Origin: Epithemia pelagica
Taxonomy: Eukaryota; Protista; Bacillariophyta
Assembly: GCA_946965045.2 (NCBI GenBank)
Contig: OX337228.1
Location: 5,890,001 to 5,954,000, forward strand
Direction of reading: 5' to 3'
Length of the DNA stretch: 64,000 bases
In this document: positions 24,392 to 37,297 of the stretch, piece by piece
How positions within the stretch are numbered: the stretch's first letter is position 1
Layout of the letters: each line of letters begins with the position of its first letter
Notes under the pieces: generated by a model
What the model was told of the DNA's origin: nothing
Database searches by the model: none
What the model saw: the letters and a program-made list of their open reading frames with translations, nothing else
Translations under genes and position numbers: made by a program

Positions 24392-24936
24392 CAAGCTGAG
24401 TTCAGACAGAATGTTCCTGTCGTAGCGCTCCAGTAGGAAATCTACGTATTTCGCGCCAGCCATCCACTTAATATAGCCCTTCTTATCCTTCTTATTATGC
24501 CTCTCTTGTGAAAAGTGTGCTTCCGAAACATCTCGACTCTCGACGCTCGTTCCCCCAGAGAAAAACTTCGTCTTTTGTACGAGACTATCGTGCGTGGGGT
24601 GCGTCCGATGATCGTGTCATTGCGGATGATGCCAACCGTTCGAGATGTTGCCCCATTGGTGGTGGTCCAACGACACCCCAAGGGAGCTGGGTGCAGCTCG
24701 GCAACATCTCGAACGGTTGGGATGGCCCTCCACCATGGTCAACAGTCAACCGTTTTTTGTAATTTTAACGAAATTCTAGCGTTCGGAAGAAATCACACAC
24801 TACACTCTGGATAACAAAATATTAATTTAAGCCACTGGGAAGTCGTGAGTCGGTCACAAACGCTTTCGAGGATTGTTCTTCTGGTACTAATTATACAGGG
24901 GTCTACGACAGGAACATACTCCCTGAACTCAGCTTG
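24392..24936. mobile_element. 545-bp MITE with 34-bp TIRs, TA TSD and an internal 21-bp inverted repeat
   Basis: TA|CAAGCTGAGTTCAGacagaATGTTCCTGTCGTAG ... CTACGACAGGAACATactccCTGAACTCAGCTTG|TA (3 mismatches). Internal perfect IR at 24632-24652 and 24700-24720. Confidence 0.8.
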
Positions 24937-25582
24937 TAATCCAGTTCCTCGAATTCGCTGACGTTGCCTTGAACTTCAGTTAGCCCATGCTCGAGTTCGC
25001 AATGTTCGATTCGACTAGCTAGCTAGTAGAAATCATCTCGTTACTCATTATCCTCGCTATACTATCCTCGCTATACTAGAGCTAGCTAGCTTCTTGCTTG
25101 TAGTAGAGAAGAACTATATAGAGCTGGAGAGAGAGTACTAACATTAGTAGAAAATAATAGCCATCTACTAGCTAGCAGTCTATTCTAGCTAGAACACGCA
25201 GAATCGTCCAATGATGCTTTTGAGCCTTGAGCCCTCTGACGCGAATTTCTGTGCACTGGCCGGTTGATTTGAAATGTGTCGGAAGAACAGGCATAGAACA
25301 CAGGAACTGTTGCGGTACTTGTTGCTGTTCGAATCGGGGCTGTTGACCAAACAGTTCACATCACGTTGTTGTTGTCTTGTGTCGTCGCAGGATTCTATCA
25401 TTCCATCCTATTCGCAACATACTTCGGTTTCACAACAAGTTCGAGAAGAATCATAAAAAGCAACGACACAAACATTTTATCGGATTTCATTTTTGTATTG
25501 AATCGTCAGAACGAACGTTGGTATTCCTTTGCGGTGTTGAAAGGAAAACCTTCAGTCTCGAATACGTGGGTGATAGCTCTCC

Positions 25583-26698
25583 ATGTCTCAAAATATTCAA
25601 GGATTTGAGGAAGGCCAACGGTACCAGGAGCAACAAACCAACTCCGAAATTCTAACATCATCGCTACAGAACGCATCGGTGCAAGCGCAACCTCAAGCAA
25701 GCTCTGCATTGGCGCCATCTGGAGTCTCACCTGCAATGCTTATCCCCAACCAACCCCTAGGTGCTCTTCTTCAGCAACCGCCGCAGGCGGGAGGCACAGC
25801 TGGAACTTCCAACCAGGGATCATTTGATCTAAACAGCGAGATTAAGCGAATTCAACAGCTTCAACAGTTGGGTGCTCCGGCGCCTTCAGCCAATCCGTTT
25901 TTACTGCCAAGTGCCAACGCACCTTCCAATGCACAGCTGAATGCAGCAGCGATTCCGAATCAGGCTGCCTTCTTGCAGACGATTCTTGATCAACAAAAAC
26001 TCCAACAGAACACCAGCTTCATGGGTGGCGCAGCTATTAACCCCTTGTTAACTCACCCCGGACTTCTTCAAGATGCCAGACTTCTTCTGGCACAAAGTCA
26101 GTTGGGTGGCCTGTTGCCAAGCCAAAGCAACACCAGCCAAGAAGTGCCACTACCTTCTCCTCATTCTCTTTTTCATCGTGACGGGAGTCGCCGTATGAGA
26201 GGAGGTGTTATAGTGAGTATTGTTTCCGATCTGCACGTGAGTAATATTTGGCTAGCATCTCACAGTTTGCTCACTTCGTTGATATAGGAACCATTCCCCG
26301 AGAAACTACATCGTCTTCTTACAGAGGTTGAAGCAGCTGGAAGGTCGGATGTGATCAGCTTCGTTGCGAATGGAAGGGCATTTGCGATTCATAAGCCTGA
26401 TACATTTTTCAAGGAAATTGTTCCCCTCTATTTCCGCCAGAGTCGGCTTAGCTCATTCAAGCGTCAGCTCAACCTGTATGGTTTCGAGCTTATCAACACG
26501 GGTCCTTCTCGTGGGGGCTATTTCCACGAACTTTTTGTCAAGGATAGACCGGAACTCTGCCGACGGATGCGTCGCGTAGCCGTCAAGGTATCCACAGGAA
26601 AATCGGACAAGGACGAGGGAGAAGAGTATGCCCACGGCGACGAACATAACAAAGGGGGAAACGAAGGTGGGGACACTGGTGAAAAGAAGAACCCATAA
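25583..26698 (+). CDS. Heat-shock-factor-type (HSF DNA-binding domain) transcription factor
   Basis: Exons 25583-26212 and 26288-26698. RRMRGGVIEPFPEKLHRLL, ISFVANGRAFAIH and YFRQSRLSSFKRQLNLYGF; Q/P/A-rich N-terminus. Confidence 0.93.
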
Positions 26699-26954
26699 CC
26701 AGGGGCGGCATGGAACGAATGATCGACTGCCGGGTGCTATTCGGTGCTGATTTATCTGTATTATTATATGTTGTTGTTTTGACAAAGTATTAGGAGTAGG
26801 AGTAGGTCTCACTCTCTCCGACAGCGCATTACCATGTGCCTCATAGCTACTCACCATATGGATTAACGCGACCCTTCTGCCACTGGGCTCGGGCAAGGGA
26901 AAATGCGCGGGACTCCCTTTTCGACTTTACACTTTACACCCACAATTCAACATC

Positions 26955-29728
26955 ATGAGCATCCAAGGAAATCTGGAAAGAGAAATGGATCCAAAGGGTA
27001 TGAGCTCGGATCAAGAAGCACCGTTGCTGGACCAATCAATGGTCTGCATGTCGGTAGTTGAAGACGGACCTCGGATATCGTTTGCCGCCTACAATGAGGA
27101 GACAAATCTTATAACACTCGAAGAATCCTACGCCAACGGATGTGAAGTACAAAATGTCATTGAAGGAGTCCTTCTTGCACTGCAACCTACATTACTTCTT
27201 GTTTCGAATCAAGTTGTGGCCAACGACAAATTGATTGGTCTATTGACCAAGCCGCCAAGTATAGCTTCTTTTTCTGCTCAAAACCCGTCAAACTCCTCTA
27301 CGGACAAGATAAGCCCGGGATCCATACCCTATCGAGCACTGAAGTCCTCTTGTTTCGACTTTCGAAGTTGTAGAGATATCATTCTTCAGAAGCTTCGAGT
27401 TCGCTCTCTCAGAAGAATGAGTTCCCGCACTGATGAAGAACAAGCGGAACTGGGCGGAGACTCAAGCGTCCCGCTTAGTATGTATCATGCACTAGCCACG
27501 GTGATTAATTTCGAATCCAAAAATCAGGTTCAAGCACTTGGATCGCTCCTCTCGTTCTTGAGCGACACGGCGTTTCGCCTTGCAAACCATGACGATTCAA
27601 CAAACGATTATGAAGGATCGTCTTTGATTGTGGTGTCCGACGTTGTACGTGCTAACACGTCCATGTTCATGACCGTATCACCCGAAACATTGGCATCCTT
27701 GCATATTTTCTCCACAGAACATCATCCCTTATCCGTTGCCAGAGGAACAGGGAATTCAAAGGAGGGGTTTAGCTTGTTTTCCTTGTTGGATCGCACGACG
27801 AGCCATGTAGGCCGGGTGCGTATGAAGGAATGGATGATGAAGCCTCTCATTGACTGCGAGGCCATTCAACATCGCCAAAATGGCGTTCAACTCTTTTTGC
27901 AACAAGAAATGGGGGAAGCCAAGAAGAATATCACTGAGCTCATTGCCGAGATTGCAGCAGTAGAAAAAATTTTTGCTCGCCTCAACAAGTGTTCGGCAAA
28001 ACCATACGACTTCGTAAGTCTTCTTTTGTCATTTGAAGCAGCCTGTGAAGTCTTCGATGTGCTTGAGCATCAAGTCGCATTCGTCTTGCAGCAGCTATTG
28101 GCTGGTGCGTCGAAATCTGCAGTTCAAGACGAAAATGAAACCGAGGACCAACCGATTGGATCAAACTTGATCTCTTCTTTGCAGTTTGTCGAATCTTTAC
28201 TCAGCGACACCAGCATTGGACTTTCGCTGGCAAAAACCTTGGCAGGTAAATTAAGGGAGGCCCTCGATGTCGAAGCAACAGACGACTCCACTCTTGCTCT
28301 GATCTTCCGACCAGACTACGACGAAGAATTGACTTTTTGGGACTCGGAGCTCGTGAAGGCGACAAATGCCCTGTCACTTGTCAAGGAAGAACTTTCACAA
28401 ACATTTCCAAACCTTGCTGATTTTATCGATGTCGCTTTCTTTCCCCAGGTAGGTTGACAACATGATGGAAGCCCCTCAAACATGAGAGTTCTGATGTCTT
28501 TTTGCTCTTGTTATAACACCAGCTTGGGTTTCATATTGTCCTCAAGAACGGATGGGAAGAAAACGGAACACTCCCGGAAGAATTCAATTTCTTATTCAAT
28601 GACGCAGAAGGGGCGTTTTACAAAACCGCTGTCATCGAAGAACTTGACGAATCGTATGGTGACATCGATGTCTACAGGAAAGCACGGGAGGCCTCTCTTC
28701 GTGCAGAACTAGAAGAGGATCTCCTCGAGAATGTCATTGAACTACAAAAGTTGTTCAATACAATCGGCGATATTGACTGCACTCTCGCGTTTGCTTCATG
28801 TGCTAGGGAATTCGGATATGCGAGGCCAACTATGGTTCGGTCTACTGAAAGTTGTATTGAGATCCGAAATGGGCGTCATCCCCTCCAAGAACTTTTGCTG
28901 AAAAATTTCGTACCTAATGACACTTCCATGAACCAGACGAATCGAGTGCACGTACTCACCGGTCCAAATTATTCCGGAAAGAGTTGCTACGCACGGCAAG
29001 TGGGTATCCTGGTTTACATGGCTCATATTGGCTCCTTCATTCCTTGTGACGAAGCCCGGATTTCCGTAGTCCAGAGTTTATTCGTGCGCTTCAGTGCAAT
29101 CGAAACATGCTCAGTTCCTCAAAGCAGCTTCCAACTTGATTTAAGCCAGATGGGAACCATTCTTCATAGAGCAGGAAAAGAAAGTTTGGTCATTATCGAT
29201 GAATTCGGCAAAGGAACTTCACCTGCATCTGGCATTGCTCTTCTAGCTGCCGTCGTGAAATTTCTCGTTGAAAAGAAAGCACTTGCGGTCATTACGACAC
29301 ATTTCCTGGAAATATTTTCCATGCAGTTGATACGAGATGGTGAAGATGGAATCAAGGCGAGTCAAATGGTCGTAGAAATCCCCAAGAATGGGCGCCAGAT
29401 GGCATACCCAGTTTTTCGGCTCACTGAAGGTGTAACATCGTCCTCTGCGGGGCTTGTTTGTGCCAAGATGGCTCGACTCCGTCCTGCAGTTTTAGATCGG
29501 GCAACAGAAATTGTTCAAGCAAGCAGGAACAAACGTCGGGTCCAGCCGCTAACTGAGATAGTTCGTGATAGTATACGATTCACGGATACAGAGAAACGGA
29601 CGTTTCGAGCCTTTCTTCGAACGGAATGGAGCACTGCAACCATGGAAGACATTGACTCGATGCTCGAAGCTTTCAAATCAGACACTACCATGGAAAGAGA
29701 TACATCGAGCCACTCCGAGTACAGTTGA
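26955..29728 (+). CDS. MSH5: MutS homolog 5 (meiotic crossover factor)
   Basis: Exons 26955-28448 and 28523-29728. KEGFSLFSLLDRT, PQLGF, GRHPLQE, LTGPNYSGKSCY, SSFQLDLSQM, IDEFGKGT and TTHFLEI. Confidence 0.9.
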
Positions 29729-29830
29729 AATCCACTTTTCGGCAACCTTACATATAGGAAAGAATCAAACCTCCCCAACAACACTTCTGCTTTCAACGAC
29801 TTCATAAGCTTGACTAATTTCCTGAATAGT

Positions 29831-32800
29831 TCATTTCCTTCGCGAGCTGGCGTCCTCAGGAAGCAACACTTCTAGTTTTTGAAGCTCATTAAGCCAAATT
29901 TGAGTTGAGGTCATTGCTTGTATTGCTTTCATCTCCTTATCCCTTTTTAGCGTTTCTTCCTCGAGTTCGCGGATTCGCTCTGATGTAAAACTTGCAATAG
30001 GTAGGTTGAGCATATAGGAGAATGGGTCTTTTTCATCGGAATTTATTCCCGTTCCCCCCCGTCCTCTGATGGGATTGTCATCTCGGATTTGCTTAAGCTT
30101 CAACGCACTGTCGAATCCAAGTTCTCCTAGACGAGAATTCATAACGACAGATGACATTGATTTACGGCCGTTCATCAAATCAATTTCTCCGCCAACAACC
30201 ATTTGAACAAATCGGGCTTGGTTTCGAAGAACCAACGCTCTGTACTCTGTCTCCGATTTCAACACGGACATTCTGTCTTCATAGAGTTCCAACCGTACTG
30301 GGAAAAACTCTTCAATTATATCTTGAGGCCTTTTATACTTTTTGAGAGTTCCCTGGGAATCGAATGCGTGCATGTTTGTTGTGGTCAAGGATGATGTGAG
30401 CTTTAGGTTCTTTTCATAGCCCGTGCGCTCCATTTCCTCAAGTTGCAACTTTGGTACGTCGAGAACGAACGAAACCTTCGTAGGAGTATGATTTTCTCTG
30501 AAGCTCGAGATCACTCCTTCTCCGTGCAGTCTCTTGAGTGTTTCTTTGTACTTGTCAGTCCAGCAACCGAGAGGAAGCTCTTCAATGTGTAGTTGACCTC
30601 CGTTCTTCGTTACCTTTCCGACAGCTGTATATCCGAGAGGACTCTTTGCCAATGAGCCTGTGAATCCTCTGGCATATGGATTAATTGAAGGAAGTTCTAC
30701 TTTGCCTTCGAGCTTCCCACGCAAGTACTCCAATATGTCGTGTGGATTATGTGGCGGGATACCAGTTGACCAACCTGTCCCGATTCCTATACTGCCATTG
30801 ACTAAGAGCATCGGAATAATAGGGCAATAGAACTGAGGTTCAATTGTTTGACCGTCGTCTTCGAGGTACCGGAGAAGTTGGTCATCTTCTTCGGGAAAAA
30901 GAACACGCGTAATTGGCGACAAATGAGTGAAGATATATCGAGGAGCAGCCGCATCCTCACCTCCGTTAGACCTTGTACCAAATTGCCCACTTGGCACCAG
31001 CAGATTTATATTGTTTGAGCCTACAAAGTCTTGTGCCATCCCAACTATTGCCGATTGCAATGATGCCTCCCCTTTTACCGAGTAAAACTGATGAGAAACA
31101 TTCCTGAGACTTCGGGGTTTCTTCTAACACTTTGAATACTTACCATGATGGTAGGCAGTGTGTTCTGCACAGTATCCGGATAATTGAGCCACTTTCATTT
31201 CTGACTTGAGGTTCCGCTTAAAACAAGCAAACAAAATCTTTCTTTGTGATGGCTTCAATCCATCCATGGCACTCGGTATGCTTCGGATGTTGTCTCCATG
31301 AGAAAAATGAACCAACTCTTTGTTGACAAAATCTTTATAGCGAATCGAATCGTTGCTTTCTTGATCGTAGTATACGCTTGTTTTCTCATCATAGGCTTCA
31401 TTTATCCATCTCCGTCGGTCCTGCAAAGCAACAAAGGAAAGGGCAATGAGTTTCCATTTCTCCGTTCTAAACTTTTGAGATTGAAGACAAACCTCAACGC
31501 GTGCTTTCTCGAAAGCCACATCAAGAAGGTCGTCATCTTCGTCAGATACCCATCTCAACTCGCGGGTATGTCGATCAAAAGCAGAAAAATACTCTCGAGC
31601 TTCTGCTGCGGTACTTGTTCCCAGACCTATGTTCACGACAGAAAGAGTGAGCCTGAATCGGATACATCAAATGAAGAAAGCGCAGTAACCTTCTCACCCT
31701 TGTAGTACTTGATCTTGAACTTTGGATAATCACTTCCAACGTTCTGTTTCCATTCTTCAAATTCCGCCTCGGAGTAAAACGATTTAACCTTCTCGCCTCG
31801 TCGGGCTTTCAGCAATGGGGTGACGAAGACCGAGAGAAAAGCAGGGTCATTTTCTGAATCTCCGTCCACAGCAGGACGAAGAAGAAACGGCCAAAAGTGT
31901 TTGAAGAAATTTATCACGAGGCCCTTTATATGCGAACCTTGTAGAGATAATCAACCAATGGAACAACATGGTTAGTGGTTTATTGTCATATCCAACAGCT
32001 CTTGACATTCTTACCGTCCTTGTCTTGATCAGCCATCAACATCACTTTGCCATAACGAAGGGATCTTCGCTCTGCGATTGTTTTATATTCTTTATCAAAT
32101 TCCAAACCCATTATTGTGCACAAGTCTTTCAGTTCACTGTTCGTGGCCAGTTGTTTGGTCGTTGCATTTCTGACGTTGAGAAACTTGCCGCGAAGCGGGT
32201 ACACCCCAAACTTCTTTCGCCCAATCACTTCTAGACCGGCAACAGCTAGAGCTTTGGCTGAGTCGCCTTCTGTAAGGATGATGGTGCACTGCCATCCATT
32301 CTTCGATCCTGCCTGGTGAGCATCTTCCAGTTTCGCAATCGAGGGGCCCAAATTTTTCGATTGTCGGCCATTGCCCACGGATTTTTTCAAATTGTCTTTT
32401 TCCCTTCGTTCCGCAGCTCTTGTTATTTCTTCCAGAAGCCCAGGACCTCCGGAATCAATCTTTTTCAACAGCTTGGAAAAGAATGATTTAGGGAGGTCGT
32501 ATGAACTACCGTATTTCGACGGGCTTGTTGTTAATTTTTCCTTCATTTGAGAATCAAACGTGGGATTCTCAATGAGGGCATCAATACCAACAAATAAGTG
32601 TTTTCGTATGACCTGTGGTGAGAGATACTGAGCCAATTCGCCGCCATTTTTGTCAAATTTATTTTGGATCTGTTTGATTATTTGATTTGCGATTGCATTT
32701 ACATGAGTTCCACCACGAGGAGTCGAAACCCCATTGACGAATGACACAGATTCAAACTCCCGTTCAGCTGACAGCGCTACACCAACAGACCACCTCTTGT

Positions 32801-33914
32801 TTATTGACTTTACAATAATGCTCTCCGTCGACGGATACAACTTCATGTATGATTCGAAGGAAGGCAACGAAACGTCCATTCCATTGAGGCTGATTTGCAG
32901 CGTTCCGGCTGTACATCCTGCGACATCTATTACACGACGACACATGAATGCGTAGTCGTCAGGTCCGATCACAGTCGCTCCTGTGGTATTGGTTAACCGC
33001 TCCAAATCCGGGACAAACGAAATGCATGTATAGTCTTTTCCATCGTCACCGTAAGAGGTGATGCTCTGGGTGGACGAGTTCGTCATGTTGTCGGTCCAAG
33101 TTTGTGTGAAGAGTTTCTTGGAGGAGGAGTCGGCCACCTCGACGGTGAAGGATTTACTAAAAATATTGGTCAGCTTGGCTCCGTACCCATGACGGCCGCC
33201 AGTGACTCTTTTGGCGCTGTCATCAAAGTTGGATCCGGTCAACAAATGGCCAAACACCAGTTCAGGGACATACATCTTTTCTTTCTGATGCATTCGAACA
33301 GGGATTCCTTTTCCATCGTTGAAAACTCGAATTACAGGATCGCGTTTTTTCGACCCAGGATCCACAATGACATCGATGCGGGTGCATGATTTTGGATGGC
33401 GTAAACGATTGTCCGATGCATTAACAAGAATTTCATCAAAGATTTTAACCAATGCAGGAACAATCTCACATTCTTGCTTCACCATCTTACCTCTCCATGG
33501 TTTCTTGGGAATCTTCATCGCAGCAAGTGATCCGTCAAGTAGCTCTTTGGGAGGTAAACTCGTCTGTTGGTCGAGTATCCAGTGTGGCTGAGGTGGCATT
33601 TTTTCGTTTGCACCCACATACATTCCAGGACGAAGCAATACATGCTCTATTGGGGTCTTGCGGCTGTACTCTTCCTCAATCGAAGTTCCTGAAGGATCTT
33701 CACTAGCCGATTGATCACCACTTTTACCTGCGAACTGCCGTTGGAACAACAGAAATGCCATTTGCCGTGAAAGCCGAGGATTGGCAGGGCCGAAGCTGGC
33801 CATGGATTCATGCTTCTGCATCCACTTCAACATATGACAGGCGGTCATGAATGAGATATTCATGCCTTTCTTTCCGCACGCGGTCCACCAAAGCATCCTG
33901 TTGATTTGGGTCAT
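29831..33914 (-). CDS. TOP2: Type IIA DNA topoisomerase (eukaryotic TOP2-like), 1,263 aa, lacking a CTD, possibly organellar
   Basis: Exons 33914-32015, 31937-31698, 31626-31493, 31420-31144 and 31071-29831, all in frame. EHVLLRPGMYVG, FDEILVNA, GGRHGYGAK, LTEGDSAK, PLRGKFLNV, MADQDKDGSHIKG, DGLKPSQRK, YHHGE and AAPRYIFT. Confidence 0.95.
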
Positions 33915-34346
33915 CCTACCTTATGAGAAAGATATTGGAGGTACCATTGTTCGTGGTCGTCACATGCCTAGCAGCACTCCAATCGATGAGCCTTGATACA
34001 TTGCCTAGCTATGATGCTCTAAAATCAAATCACAGGAAAATCCAACTATTTGGCCGCGGCACGCGGAATGTTCAGCTATTTCTTAAGTATGCGAGTCAGC
34101 ATGTCGCGACATGCGCAGGATCACGCTCCCTCCTATGAAAACAAGCGATGTTTGGCGAAAGCACACGCATGCTAAACTTTCCATAATATTTTTCTCCTTC
34201 TCCACGATCTCGGCCACCTCGATCGATTGTGTGCGCATTAAATAATACCAGAACCAGGGCCCACCACAAAATTCACACCTGTTGTTCACAAAACGAGAAT
34301 CGACAGACCCAAAAGTTGCAAAGTTATATCGTTGAAACCAAAAGTC

Positions 34347-34766
34347 ATGGTGTTTGATTGTGGCTGCGAGGCCGATACCGTTGATGAAGAGTTTATCTCG
34401 ACTGCTCCACCGCCCAAGTTCATCAGCGACAATGGAAATATGAATTTGGTTGGTGAGTAGTTCTTGTTGAATGCAGGTTTCATAACAACGATTACTCACT
34501 CTCTTCTTGATGCAGTAACGGTTCCAGGAAACTACCAGTCAGGCAATCTTATCATTGTCAAGTCTCCGTTTGGCACAAGAACCGTTGAGATGATTATTCC
34601 TCCCGGCGTAAAAGGAGGTGGCAAATTTGTCGTGTCGTTGCCTCCACCATCGGTCAAGGTTGCTCCTGCGGAATCTCCGTCTTTCAAACATGCTGTCGAG
34701 AACATGATGGCTCCCACACCAGTGGTAGTTGGACAGATCGCAGAAGAGGAGGAAAGTGAACAGTAA
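34347..34766 (+). CDS. Small hypothetical protein (118 aa) with one VxVPxGxxxG...VPPG module
   Basis: Exons 34347-34452 and 34516-34766 (63-nt phase-1 intron). Paralogous to the next gene. Confidence 0.7.
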
Positions 34767-35533
34767 AACTGCGTCCGTGTTTCAAACGAGCCAAGCATGT
34801 TTGTATATACCGTGAATCACAGGCTTTCTTCTCTCGGTTCGCTTGATTCGGCTCATCAAACCTACGGTCCTCCGTCCGACAGCATAGCATGGTGTTCGAT
34901 GAAGCGAATGACTTGACTTGGTACACACTCTGTAATAAACTTTAGGTTTAACGTCAAATGTCGGAAGTCTACAAGCAAGAAGGTTAGGTAGATGGTGGTG
35001 TATTGCGAATTGCGAATTCCATCACAGGAAGGCAGAGGCAAAGTCGGTCGTGGAGGTGCAAGTCCCGGGTTGCAGGGAAAGAGGAGCAAAAGAATTATGC
35101 CCCTACATAATACCCCATACCCAAGATACCCTTGCTCGCTAGAAACGTTATATCTGTTGATTCTTCCATAAAAAAATATGATGTGACACGTGAAAGACAA
35201 AAAGACTTAAGCGAATCATTTGTCTACTTAGGGAAGAAGTCTCTTATGTTTCTGTAAGCAGCGACTCATTGCTAATACAGGAGTACCGGAGAGATCGCAG
35301 TGAGTATCCGTTGGCCACAAATTGGTAGACGAGATCGAAAGCATCGGCGAAAACTGTTCCCATCACGGTGGAAGCAATCCCCTTCTGATCCAATTGAACA
35401 GCGTAGGAGAGTAATATTATTATGGTCATCAATTGCAAGGTTTCTGTGTATCCTGTACTTGACGAGCAGATTTTGTTTTGAGATTGAATAGAAGTGCACC
35501 ATCGATCGTTCGACCATCAAATAGAGCGGAGCC

Positions 35534-36951
35534 ATGGTATTTTGTTGTTGGGATACTTCCGTCGACCCGGAACACGGTATAGTAGGAGACTCCAAAGCAA
35601 GTCTTTATCCTGGACAGCGCCGTCCCATAAACACAGGTCTCGTTGACGCACCTGACCATGCCGAGTTATCGTCTGCACCAAGTATGGACACCATGGTTGC
35701 CGGTAAGTTTCGTAGTGTTTGGTTTCGTTAACACAAGATAAATAGTTCTCTGGTCTTGAGTTCTCACTCACTGACATAAATCATACGCGTTGTTGCTCCG
35801 TTACAGTGAAAGTACCAGCAGGCGTCTTGCCTGGTGATACAATTGCCGTCAAATCGCACGATGGTCGACGGACGGTGAATGCGACTGTTCCACCGGGTAT
35901 GAACTGTGGTCAAACCTTCATGGTCCGATTTCCACCCTCTCCTCCCCCTTCGAAACGACCCCAGCCAATTAAACCTATTGTTCAACCAGAGGTTGCGAAA
36001 CAACAAACAACTCCCACCTTTGCACAAGCATTGGATGCTTTCATGACACAGATAGAAGCAGCAGCAACGCCAGTTCCAGACCCAGTCCCTACTCCAGCCA
36101 AAACGGCACCGAGTCCAGATGGAAAGCATGCTTCTGAGGAAGCTCGACAAGAAGAAATTCAGTCGTACAGCTTTTCCGAAAACGTTGACAATATACTGAG
36201 CCCCGAGCCAGTACCTGAATCACAGCAGCCCGTCAAACAGAAATACTTGTTGGTGAACATTCCTCCAGGGACCCAACCTGGAACAACCATTCATGTTCAA
36301 GTGCCGGGAGAAAACCGAACACTTGCCGCCGAAGTTCCTCCCGGCGTCACATCTTTTCGGGTAGCCTATACTCCCAGACGGACAGAACCGTCCAAACCAT
36401 TGTCACCACCCGTTTCACAACAACAACTTCAACGTCTGCAACCACTCCAAGCCCCCGTCGATCCGAATCGTGCAATGGGCCAGAAGCTCTTATCAGTACA
36501 AGTTCCACCAGGAACAAGCCCCGGTGCGACTCTCCATGTTGCAGTTCCTGACGAACCAGGTCGGATTCTTGCCGCCCAAGTACCACCGGGCAATCTGCAA
36601 AACTTCCATGTCGCCTATGTTCCACGAACACTGCTTCAGCAAACCAATCAACAAGGTTTTATGCCCATGGCGGATCCCTACAACCCTGGTCCAACTTCTC
36701 AACAATCTGCCACACAAACAACAGAACAAAGATATAGTCAGCAACCCCAGTCGTACACGTCCAACAACATGCTTCCAGCGTTCAACCCCGAGTACAACAA
36801 TCTTCAAGGTCCACAGAACAACACTTACCAAAATAATACTAACGGCGGTGGAGGCAATGTTGGAGACTATGTACTACCAACCATCGGAGCTGCTGCACTT
36901 GGAACAGCCGCATATGCCACCTACGATCACTTCACTCGTCAGAACAACTGA
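35534..36951 (+). CDS. Pro/Gln-rich hypothetical protein (437 aa) with three VxVPxGxxPG...VPPG modules
   Basis: Exons 35534-35702 and 35807-36951 (104-nt phase-1 intron). Starts MVFCCW; modules begin VKVPAGVLPG, VNIPPGTQPG and VQVPPGTSPG. Confidence 0.75.
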
Positions 36952-37297
36952 CAATGATTAGTTGGCGGTTTTCGGATGATTTTAATGCTCTCTTTTTTAA
37001 ACGGTGTATTATTGTGTTTTGATTTCTGCGCTTCAGGGTGGAATGAATGGTTATCATCATCTCTCGTTCCGAGAAGCGCCGTTTCTCTATAGTGCACTCT
37101 TCATACTTTCAAGTACAGCGAGATACATCGTGGCAAGTAGATTTGTAAATTGTTTGTAGCCTCATGTTTTTGTCGATATTACGAATCGGGGTAGTGGAAT
37201 TGATTACTCCTTCGTGCAGACATGTGTGCCCCATGAAACCGCGGACCGCCCTTGGTGGTGAGGAATGGGAACGTGATCCGATTCACGGCCAAAGCCA

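Noticed and set aside
24137-24620. Apparent minus-strand pseudogene frame with one internal stop
   Set aside because: The stop falls exactly at the MITE boundary, so the frame joins element and flank by chance. No recognisable protein motif.
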